Positions 8,481-15,486 of a DNA stretch of 24,000 nt are shown in pieces (the first letter of the stretch is position 1; every line of letters starts with the position of its first letter). The position numbers and the translations under genes are program-made. This stretch comes from Cyanobacteriota bacterium (GTDB taxonomy: Bacteria > Cyanobacteriota > Cyanobacteriia > Cyanobacteriales > Microcoleaceae). The stretch lies in contig JBEDKD010000203.1 of the NCBI GenBank assembly GCA_041172365.1, positions 1 through 24,000 on the forward strand, written 5' to 3'. A model generated the notes under the pieces. That model was not told the DNA's origin and searched no databases. It was given only the letters and a program-made list of their open reading frames with translations.

Positions 8481-9436
8481 AAAGAAACCGGGTTTTTACC
8501 TATAAATTTGGGTGAAAGAGCCCCTACAGAAGCACTCCATTCCTAGCTAAAAATGAGATCAATTTTTCCACATTATCCTTGTAGGGGCGCGATCGCCAAT
8601 ATCTTCGCCACCAAACAGATAGGCCAGAAAACCCGCCCCATCCCATTATATAGAAATTAATTTAACCGCAGATGAACGCAGATGAACACAGATGTTTGGC
8701 CTTATGTGGGTAGGAATGGGACTCGTTTATATCATTATGTCGGTGGGGTTGGGGCGGGTTTATTGAGGTTATTTGTGAGATTGATAAATTTGGGTGAAAG
8801 AGCCCCTACGTTTAACCGTTTTGAGATTAGCACGTATGATCAAAGAAACCGGGTTTTTACCTAATCTAATGGTGATAACGAAGTATTTAGTAAAAAACCC
8901 GGTTTCTGAACCCACATTATCCTTGTAGGGGCGCGATCGCCAATATCTTCGCCACCAAACAGATAGGCCAGAAAACCCGCCCCATCCCCACCGACATAAT
9001 GATATAAACGCGCGCCATTCCTACCGAAAAATTCCCAATTCATTCCATTTAATCCTTGGGTTGGGGCGGGTTTATTGAGGTTATTTGTGAGATTGATAAA
9101 TTTGGGTGAACCCGCCCCTACAGAAGCGCTCCATTCCTACCTAGAAATGAGATCAATTTTTCCACATTATCCTTGTAGGGGCCGTATCGCCAATATCTTC
9201 GCCACCAAACAGATAAGCCAGAAAACCCGCCCCATCCCATTATATAGAAATTAATTTAACCGCAGATGAACGCAGATGAACACAGATGTTTGGCCTTATG
9301 TGGGTAGGAATGAGACTCGTTTATATTATTCTGTCGGTGGGGTTGGGGCGGGTTTATTGAGGTTATTTGTGAGATTGATAAATTTGGGTGAAAGAGCCCC
9401 TACGTTTAACCGTTTTGAGATTAGCACGTATGATCA
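8481..9436. repeat. Nest of MITE-like small dispersed repeats, including a 341-bp direct duplication (8502-8842 and 9096-9436, offset 594 bp) and an inverted partial copy at about 8905-9043
   Basis: Direct reading: ATAAATTTGGGTGAA...GTATGATCA occurs at both positions with only a few substitutions. Modules such as GGGGCGGGTTT-N45-GCCCCTAC, AAAGAAACCGGGTTTTTACC and CGCAGATGAAC x2 are shuffled in both orientations. Confidence 0.85.
8842..8909. repeat. 68-bp hairpin element of the AAAGAAACCGGGTTTTT...AAAAACCCGGTTTCTGA family
   Basis: Terminal inverted repeats are 8842-8858 and 8892-8909. A second full copy at 12395-12463 has a related loop sequence. Half-sites occur at 8481-8500 and 11196-11215. 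Confidence 0.8.
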
Positions 9437-9443
9437 TTATCAT

Positions 9444-9605
9444 CTATTCCTCCGTTGATTCAGTAGTTTTTCCCTGACGTAAAAGCCATTTAGCCCCTTG
9501 GGATTTAGGAACAATTGCAATAATTTCTACAAAGTTATCCAGAATGTCATAGAAAATGCGAATTTCATCAACCCCTAGGCAATGCCGCGACAGATATGAG
9601 ACGTT
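9444..9605 (-). pseudogene. Remnant of a RelE/ParE-type toxin gene (C-terminal part only, no start codon)
   Basis: The minus-strand frame reads ...GVDEIRIFYDILDNFVEIIAIVPKSQGAKWLLRQGKTTESTEE*. This resembles the C-terminal RVGDYRIIYDV...V..I.HR block of RelE/ParE toxins. Upstream, the frame is closed by a stop and has no Met. Confidence 0.4.
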
Positions 9606-9887
9606 TTAGGTGTTCTAAAGATTTGGTGGTAAACTCTATTTGATATGGCCTATCTAAGCTATATGTTTTAACAGGATTGGGGCGTTACGCTTCGCGAACG
9701 CACCCGACATTTCTGCAAGTTCTGAAAATCAACAACTGTTGGATAAAATTGCTAATTTGGAGGAAGATAACCGAAAATTAGAGGCAACACTTGATCAAAT
9801 CCTTCCGTACCTACAACAGCCGAAATAAGGGTTCATTGGGGAAGGAAAAAAAGTTTCCCTTCCTCTGCCATCAAGGGTTCTCACTGA

Positions 9888-11102
9888 TTAACAACTGGGA
9901 GTCTCATCACGAATTTGTTGCAAAATTTGATATAAATTTTTAGCATGAATCCATCCCACATAACCCGCAAAACGACAAATTCCTAAAGGATCAGTTACAA
10001 AGACATGATCAACCCCTGCTAAGTTTTTCCAAACATTAATTTGGATGTTATTTTCTAAGAAAATATAGGGAGTAGAAGAGGGAAAATCTTGAGTGTTAGC
10101 ACGGGTCATCCCTGGAATAGTTTGTAAGCGATTAATAATCTTTAAGAGTTCTTTTTCACTGGTATCAGGGCGTGGTTGAGGTGATGATTGAGGTGATGAT
10201 TGAGGTGATGATTGAGGTGATGGTTGAGGTGATTGACTACCAAGATCCTGCAAAACTTCAGTAGCAGATTGATAACGTTTGTTAATAGCAGGTTGTATCA
10301 TTTTGTCTAAAATCTCACCCAGTTCTGAACTGACAGATTGTTGTAAGTATTCTCGCCACACCCATTCAAACTCGCTTGGATCGAATAAATCAAACGGTTC
10401 AACCTCAGTTAACAGATACAGACAAGTGACACCCAGACTATAAATATCACTAGGATAAATGGCTTTGCCGTTGACTTGTTCCGGTGCGGCATATCCAGCA
10501 CTTCCGATCATTGTTCCCGTTACCGCTAAAGCTGTTTGAGTCGCATATTTCGCCGCACCAAAGTCAACTAAAACCAGTTGCCCATTTTGCCTTTGAATAA
10601 TATTCTCTGGCTTGATATCTCGGTGAATGACTTGGTTTGAGTGAATAAACTCTAATACAGGGAGTAAATTTTTAAGTAAATTGCGAATCTGCGCCTCGCT
10701 AAAATATCCCTGAGATTCGAGGACTTTGGCTAAATTTTCACCGTCGATGAATTGTTGGACTAAATATTGCTGTCCATCTTGACTAAAATAGGCTAATAAG
10801 TCAGGAATTTGAGGATGTTTTCCTAACTGTTCTAAGCGTACTGCTTCACGCTCAAATAACTCAGTGGCTTTCTGGATACTAGAAGTCCCTTGAGCTTGGG
10901 GATAGAATTGTTTAATAACACAGGGAGGTTTTGAGGGTTTATACTCGTCAACCGCCTCAAAAGTGCGCCCAAAGCCCCCTTGGCCAAGAATTTTTCCGGC
11001 TCGGTAGCGATCGCCCAATAGCAGTTTATTCCCACACTTCTGACAGAAATTAGTACCGGATGGGTTTGGCAATAGACAATCAGGGTTTAGACACTGGCTC
11101 AT
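9888..11102 (-). CDS. Ser/Thr protein kinase with an N-terminal 4-Cys zinc ribbon, an SPQS-repeat linker and an uncharacterised C-terminal domain of about 100 aa
   Basis: CLNPDC...CQKCG prefix; GQGGFGRTF glycine loop; VIK lysine; HRDIKPENI; DFGAAK; GYAAPEQ. Confidence 0.9.
   Translation of the reverse strand: MSQCLNPDCLLPNPSGTNFCQKCGNKLLLGDRYRAGKILGQGGFGRTFEAVDEYKPSKPPCVIKQFYPQAQGTSSIQKATELFEREAVRLEQLGKHPQIPDLLAYFSQDGQQYLVQQFIDGENLAKVLESQGYFSEAQIRNLLKNLLPVLEFIHSNQVIHRDIKPENIIQRQNGQLVLVDFGAAKYATQTALAVTGTMIGSAGYAAPEQVNGKAIYPSDIYSLGVTCLYLLTEVEPFDLFDPSEFEWVWREYLQQSVSSELGEILDKMIQPAINKRYQSATEVLQDLGSQSPQPSPQSSPQSSPQSSPQPRPDTSEKELLKIINRLQTIPGMTRANTQDFPSSTPYIFLENNIQINVWKNLAGVDHVFVTDPLGICRFAGYVGWIHAKNLYQILQQIRDETPSC
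10174..10235. repeat. 12-bp in-frame microsatellite (TTGAGGTGATGA, about 5 units) encoding the SPQS repeats of the kinase linker
   Basis: GGTTGAGGTGATGATTGAGGTGATGATTGAGGTGATGATTGAGGTGATGGTTGAGGTGATTG read directly. The protein reads SPQPSPQSSPQSSPQSSPQP. Confidence 0.9.
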
Positions 11103-11316
11103 AAACTGTTGATCAATGTTTTCTTTGGGGAATTATAGCAAATATATAAGAATCATTAGCCTTAAAACTAAGCTGTTACACGGGATATGACTGACATCAA
11201 GAAACCGGGTTTCTGTTAAGATGCGGGTTTCGGGTGTCCACAGCATGGTTGGTTTCTTTTTTTCTGTCTCGTTTATTGATTTTAACCCGGAGCATCTCAA
11301 AGAAGCAAAAAAAACT

Positions 11317-11398
11317 GTAGTGGGTTGGCGTAGCCTGTGGGGAGCATCGGACGTCTCGCTTTGTATTAGAACCCTAGGGAGCGAGACGCTCCCACTAC
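11317..11398. repeat. MITE-like element of about 80 bp with GTAGTGGG...CCCACTAC termini. A second, inverted copy lies at 23026-23100.
   Basis: The reverse complement of 23026-23100 aligns by eye with 11317-11398 (GTAGTGGGTTGGCGTAGCCTGTG.GGAGCATCGGAC.TCTCGCT...GGGAGCGAGACG.TCCCACT). It has an internal stem GTCTCGCT / AGCGAGAC. Confidence 0.75.
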
Positions 11399-11472
11399 CA
11401 ATTTACCAACATGAGCCCGATCGCGCTTTTGATTCCATAAACCCGATCGCGCTCTCATTAAACTTTCCCCAT

Positions 11473-11967
11473 CTATCCCAAAGTCAAGACACCCGCGTTA
11501 AAATTGACAGTTAACGGAAAGAGTTTCAACCATTGCAAACCCAAAATCGGCTCAGGAATACCCGCACCTACCAACACAGGAATCATATACTCCTCTCCAT
11601 CCAATACAACCGTTCCCTGATAGATATAGCAACCGCCAGGGTAGTTAAGTCGTGGGGTGGGGGCGGGTTTTTATAATTTGTCTTTGGGGTTCAAAGATGA
11701 GGGTGAACCCGCCCCTACAAAATCTGTCCTAATAGCCTTGGCAGTTGCTATATCAAAAAAGTCAAGCCCCCGTGCTGTCTGCATCGTTTCATTTCGTTGA
11801 ATTACACACCAACCTAAACTTTCAGCATCTTGAGTATCAAGGGCTAACCACCCAGTTGTAAACCCCGTATCTAATAACACTTCAATGGGAAATCTTTCGC
11901 GATCAGCCGCAATTAAATCTATTTCAAAAAAGAGTTCCCCAATCTCGCCAAACTTGCCATTTATCAT
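11473..11967 (-). pseudogene. Retropepsin-like (clan AA) aspartic protease gene interrupted by a 67-bp dispersed repeat that supplies an in-frame TAA
   Basis: The N-terminal part (11671-11967) carries the active-site block VLLDTGFTTG. After the repeat, the same frame continues (11473-11652) as RLNYPGGCYIYQGTVVLDGEEYMIPVLVGAGIPEPILGLQWLKLFPLTVNFNAGVLTLG*, a typical C-terminal half of this family. Both parts share phase (11671 and 11473 are both 1 mod 3). Confidence 0.65.
11652..11718. repeat. 67-bp dispersed repeat (GGGGCGGGTTT...GGGTGAACCCGCCCCTAC family) inserted in the protease gene
   Basis: GTGGGGTGGGGGCGGGTTTTTATAATTTGTCTTTGGGGTTCAAAGATGAGGGTGAACCCGCCCCTAC. It has the same architecture as the units at about 8745-8810 and 9056-9120. 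GGGGCGGGTT can pair with AACCCGCCCC. Confidence 0.75.
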
Positions 11968-12299
11968 ATCAAACCACAGGCTCCTGTTTCATTGAGCCGG
12001 AAAGTAACCAGCCAGCCACTAGGGTATTTTTGACGAGCTTTAAGTGCCGCAACTTCTTCATCGGGATCGATAAAATAATCCCCACTATTGGGCTCAATAA
12101 TAATAAACCAGTTATAGTGGTCATCTATCAATTGGGGGCGCACTTGTTCAAAAATTCCTTGGCTACGCTGACAACGCTCATCTCGTTCGGCTTTGCGTCT
12201 TGCTAACTCCTCTGGTGCTATGGTAAATTCAGGAAATAACCTACCTCGACCGCGATCGCGTCTTGATGTTGTTTGAGTCATAACAGCTTTCCTCTTCAA
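11964..12299 (-). CDS. Hypothetical protein (111 aa), upstream partner of the retropepsin-like gene
   Basis: Clean ORF with a 4-nt ATGA overlap onto the protease start at 11967. I recognise no domain. Confidence 0.6.
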   Translation of the reverse strand: MKRKAVMTQTTSRRDRGRGRLFPEFTIAPEELARRKAERDERCQRSQGIFEQVRPQLIDDHYNWFIIIEPNSGDYFIDPDEEVAALKARQKYPSGWLVTFRLNETGACGLI

Positions 12300-12394
12300 C
12301 TATATCCAAATCTATCCTAAATCTTCACAAAAAACGCGATCGTCTGTCCAGTCAGAGCTTATTATTTAGCTCTTTCATCCATCTCGCGGCGACC

Positions 12395-12463
12395 AAAGAA
12401 ACCGGGTTTTTTACCTCCTCGCGGACGGCAACGAAATATTTTCCTCAAAAACCCGGTTTCTGA
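12395..12463. repeat. Second full copy of the 68-bp AAAGAAACCGGGTTTTT / AAAAACCCGGTTTCTGA hairpin element
   Basis: The arms are 12395-12412 and 12447-12463. The loop ACCTCCTCGCGGACGGCAACGAAATATTTTCCTC is related to the loop of the 8842-8909 copy. Confidence 0.8.
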
Positions 12464-12601
12464 CTTATCTGGGTTCATCTGCGTCGATCGCGCTTTCAAA
12501 AAAGAGAAAAAACCTCATTCTTTACAAATCTTTACCAAAAAAACGCGCCTTTTTTTTCCAACCCCTTGACAAATCCTTGATATTGACGGATGATATATAA
12601 C

Positions 12602-12648
12602 ATAATGGGATGGTGGCAATTTTTTTATTTTTGCCACCATCCCATTAT
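12602..12648. other. Perfect 18-bp-stem hairpin (ATAATGGGATGGTGGCAA / TTGCCACCATCCCATTAT) with a T-rich loop
   Basis: Read directly: arms at 12602-12619 and 12631-12648. It lies in the intergenic region downstream of the hydrolase gene (minus strand). Confidence 0.7.
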
Positions 12649-12754
12649 ACTAAAAATCCTTATCTAATTATCCTTAATCATACCACACCTCGATTTTTTA
12701 GCGCGCCGCGTGAATGTAAATTTTTGTAACAAACCAGACCGCGAAGGGAAAACA

Positions 12755-13639
12755 CTATAAAACAGAAGACTCTCGCAGAAACATCACTAACTCTCGATTC
12801 ACAGTTTGAGGGACTTCCTGTTGAATCCAATGGCCACAATGGGGAATGAATTTTAATTCAAAAGGTGCAGAAACTAATTTATCTAAACCTTCCGTTAAAT
12901 GTTGACTTAAAAAATCATCTTCCTGGCCCCATAATACCAAAGTAGGAGAAGTAATCAATGGAGTTTTCGCACCCCAATTCAATAACCAATTCGGATTTAA
13001 TAATTGTCGATAATAATTAATCGCGGCACCTAAGACACCGGGTTTATCTAAAGCCTCTTGATAAATACGAGTTTCTTCGGCACTAAAAGCACCTTTGCGA
13101 ACCGCGTGCCCCTGCATTACATTTTTGACAAAATCCTTGAGATTATTTTGGATTAACCATTCAGGAATACCTGGTACTTGAAACGCGAAGACAAACCAAC
13201 TTCGTCGCAGTTGATCTAAATTACTTACTAATTCTTGAACAAATTTCTGTGGTGGCGCGGCATTTAAAATCGCTAAACGGTTTAAAGATTGGGGGAATTT
13301 TTGTGCTAAGTGCCACGCGATCGTGCCCCCCCAGTCATGTCCGACAATATGAGCCGTTTTATAGCCAAAACGTTCAATCAAACCACGAATATCAGCGCTG
13401 AGGGTATCCAAATCATAACCACTTTCGGGTTTATCAGAATCATTATAGCCCCTCAGATCAGGGACAACCACCTTAAAATGACGCGCTAAAACCGGAATTT
13501 GATAGCGCCAAGAATACCAAAACTCAGGAAATCCATGCAGCAAAACAACCAGATCACCTTCCCCTTGACTGACACAGTGCAAACGGATGTTATTGGTTTC
13601 GATAAAATCATGTTTCCATTGAGACTCTAAATGCGTCAT
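12755..13639 (-). CDS. Alpha/beta-fold hydrolase (epoxide hydrolase / haloalkane dehalogenase-like subfamily)
   Basis: HGFPEFWYSWRYQIP oxyanion-region motif, GHDWGG nucleophile elbow with Asp, and a C-terminal HCGHWIQQE histidine block. Confidence 0.85.
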   Translation of the reverse strand: MTHLESQWKHDFIETNNIRLHCVSQGEGDLVVLLHGFPEFWYSWRYQIPVLARHFKVVVPDLRGYNDSDKPESGYDLDTLSADIRGLIERFGYKTAHIVGHDWGGTIAWHLAQKFPQSLNRLAILNAAPPQKFVQELVSNLDQLRRSWFVFAFQVPGIPEWLIQNNLKDFVKNVMQGHAVRKGAFSAEETRIYQEALDKPGVLGAAINYYRQLLNPNWLLNWGAKTPLITSPTLVLWGQEDDFLSQHLTEGLDKLVSAPFELKFIPHCGHWIQQEVPQTVNRELVMFLRESSVL

Positions 13640-13800
13640 AGCTTCGCGCGATCCTCCTCTGTGGGAAGTGCCACTGCTTCTGCAACAGCAGCAGGATGGA
13701 ACTTCCGCTTTTTCGTCATCTGTTTCCAGATTAACATTTTACAGTTCCACTCCTGCCATTTCCGCGTGGGAGGTTTTTGCTGAACGCGTTTAAAGTCCAT
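13636..13800 (-). CDS. Possible small ORF (54 aa, basic) translationally coupled to the hydrolase gene
   Basis: ATG at 13800-13798. Reads MDFKRVQQKPPTRKWQEWNCKMLIWKQMTKKRKFHPAAVAEAVALPTEEDRAKL*. Its TGA overlaps the hydrolase ATG (CTATGA). It lies 20 nt after the stop of the upstream 111-aa gene. It is below the ORF-track size cut-off and I recognise no homology. Confidence 0.3.
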   Translation of the reverse strand: MDFKRVQQKPPTRKWQEWNCKMLIWKQMTKKRKFHPAAVAEAVALPTEEDRAKL

Positions 13801-13820
13801 AGGGCTTTATTTTCCCGTGA

Positions 13821-14156
13821 TTACGCGGCACTAACCGCGGCTTCCGCGGGTTGGACTTGGTACTTCACCAAATTGGCTAATTCTTGTAATTGGCTAATGG
13901 CTTCCGCACCTTCTAACTTCATTAATTCGCGATCGTCACGCATCTCGGTCCAAGTAATCCCGTAGTCGGATACCAGAAACCGGATCAGATGATTTTCCGC
14001 CAAGCTCACCATAAACGAGGCACTGTTTCTTTGGCCCCCGCAAGTATAGCAAGATGCCAAATAACCTCGATTCTCTAGCACGATCGCGAGAGCTTGTAGA
14101 TTCATCACCAAGTCTTGTACGAATTGACGATGCTCTTCTGCTAATCTGAGAAACAC
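13821..14156 (-). CDS. Conserved hypothetical protein (111 aa)
   Basis: GTG start preceded by AGGAGG-N6 (the reverse complement of 14157-14175 reads ATAGGAGGAAAAAAGTG). Same strand as, and just upstream of, the small ORF and the hydrolase. I could not assign a family. Confidence 0.6.
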   Translation of the reverse strand: MFLRLAEEHRQFVQDLVMNLQALAIVLENRGYLASCYTCGGQRNSASFMVSLAENHLIRFLVSDYGITWTEMRDDRELMKLEGAEAISQLQELANLVKYQVQPAEAAVSAA

Positions 14157-14540
14157 TTTTTTCCTCCTATCACCACAAAGTACATTTTATCCCAAATTTT
14201 ACAATTTCTTAAGAATTGGGAAATATGGGCGTAGGCTTACTATAACCCCAGTATGTGAGAAGATCATCGGATGAACGACTTCCCAAACCGATTGCCCTAC
14301 CTTAACTAATCCCTTCAGCGATTGACGTATCAACGACAACACTCTAGGGGATCACGCTCCGATAAGGTGTTTACCCATAAAACCCCTTTACTGTCAAGGG
14401 GAAAATTAAATTAATTTTAGCTTTGATACAAATATTTAATGAAAAAAATAAGTATTCCTTAACTATTGAAATGAAAAATAAAAACAAATAATAAAACAGA
14501 AGAGGGGTAATAGCATTTTAATGATAAAATGCCGGAACTG

Positions 14541-14584
14541 GGCGGGTTAACTTGTGATACCCGCCAGCGCGCGAGGAGGCGCGC
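14541..14584 (-). terminator. Two adjacent GC-rich hairpins downstream of the DUF2839 gene
   Basis: GGCGGGT-N11-ACCCGCC (14541-14565) and GCGCGC-GAGGAG-GCGCGC (14567-14584) sit directly after the stop at 14613. On the minus strand they are followed by GCATTTTATC. Confidence 0.35.
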
Positions 14585-14612
14585 ACCTCCAAAAGCAGCC
14601 ATCCCAAGCCAA

Positions 14613-14825
14613 TTAATTAACTTCCCACCAGCCCAGACTAGGGCCAATAAATCGAATGGTAATCCAAGAAGCAACGAGAAGGGCAATGCCGATCCAGCTT
14701 CCTTGTGTTGTCCATTTCATAAACTGTTCGCTTTGGCTTTTGGTAAGGGGAAGCCAAGGGAGGATCGGCTCTTCTTTACCGTATTTTTCGCCCAGTGTTT
14801 CTTTTCGTCGTTTGGAATCGCCCAT
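14613..14825 (-). CDS. DUF2839-family small membrane protein (70 aa)
   Basis: MGDSKRRKETLGEKYGKE...LPLTKSQSEQFMKWTTQGSWIGIALLVASWITIRFIGPSLGWW matches my recollection of the cyanobacterial DUF2839 consensus. The overlapping + strand ORFs are Arg/Pro-rich with low complexity. Confidence 0.7.
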   Translation of the reverse strand: MGDSKRRKETLGEKYGKEEPILPWLPLTKSQSEQFMKWTTQGSWIGIALLVASWITIRFIGPSLGWWEVN

Positions 14826-14898
14826 AGCTTTTTTGTCACAAGGTTATTGAACTTTACCCTATCATACAGGAGACTATTTGTGAAGGACAAAAAGTATA

Positions 14899-15147
14899 AT
14901 GCTGGACAAATCTGAGCGAGTTAAAGCCAATACCGTGATTTTAGGTGGAGGGTTAGGATTAATCCTCTTAGGTGGATGTTTTATGATAGGTGTTATGTTG
15001 ACTGTGCTTTTTGTTAATGGTGACTGTCTCCAGATAGAGAGAAAAGTGGAAATTTTCAGGAGTGTGCTTTATTTTCTGGGTTTCCTTTGCTTTGGCGGTG
15101 CATTTATCTTAATTGTTACGGCAATACGCGCTCTGATCACCATTTAA
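14899..15147 (+). CDS. Hypothetical small membrane protein (82 aa, about 2-3 TM helices)
   Basis: An ORF with hydrophobic stretches (VILGGGLGLILLGGCFMIGVMLTVLFV and VLYFLGFLCFGGAFILIVTAI). I recognise no homology. Confidence 0.45.
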   Translation: MLDKSERVKANTVILGGGLGLILLGGCFMIGVMLTVLFVNGDCLQIERKVEIFRSVLYFLGFLCFGGAFILIVTAIRALITI

Positions 15148-15175
15148 AAAACAATCAAGACGCGATCGAGGAATG

Positions 15176-15362
15176 GAAATTAAATAACTTGACTAGGGGC
15201 TTAGTAGTTTTGCCCATAGTATCCCGAAAGCAGGCAAGATGCCTGTACTACTTTATTAATTTTTCCTTCCCCAGAAATTAAATAACTTGACAATGGGCTT
15301 AGTAGTTTTGCCCATAGTATCCCGAAAGCAGGCAAGATGCCTGCACTACTTTCTTTATTAAT
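15176..15362. repeat. Tandem duplication (offset 98 bp) of a unit of about 87 bp, each containing a GCAGGCA-AGA-TGCCTG(C/T) stem-loop followed by a T-rich tract
   Basis: GAAATTAAATAACTTGAC..GGGCTTAGTAGTTTTGCCCATAGTATCCCGAAAGCAGGCAAGATGCCTG.ACTACTTT occurs at 15176 and 15274. It lies between convergent genes. Confidence 0.85.
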
Positions 15363-15486
15363 CACCAGAGCAATAATTATAGACTTATTGCCCCACTAAA
15401 AACCAATATTCTTATTAATAAATACTCCCCCTTTATCTAGTTTTCTCGCCTCCCATATTTCCTCATTTTGACCTGAAATATAATGT

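Noticed and set aside
8682-9458. Three 60-aa ORFs with shared GRNG.RLYHYVGG motif
   Set aside because: The similarity comes from translating copies of the same nucleotide repeat. The ORFs start and stop inside MITE-like elements and one overlaps another end-to-end.
9655-9828. + strand frame ending ...SSENQQLLDKIANLEEDNRKLEATLDQILPYLQQPK*
   Set aside because: It is coiled-coil-like but has no ATG/GTG start after the preceding stop, and its 5' part is a GC-rich repeat-like string (GGCGTTACGCTTCGCGAACGCACCC). It is probably a gene fragment and is not called.
11221-11514. 97-aa + strand ORF
   Set aside because: It spans the MITE-like element at 11317-11398 and lies antisense to the C-terminal fragment of the retropepsin-like gene. 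It has no motif.
12560-12600. Possible promoter around TTGACAAATCCTTGATATTGACGGATGATATATAAC
   Set aside because: Several -35-like hexamers are present, but I could not pair any with a convincing -10 at 16-18 bp spacing, and there is no obvious downstream + strand gene.
14459-14915. ORFs 14459-14686 (-), 14529-14915 (+) and 14656-14850 (+)
   Set aside because: They overlap the better-supported DUF2839 gene (14613-14825, minus strand) or its terminator hairpins. The + strand versions are Arg/Pro-rich antisense translations.
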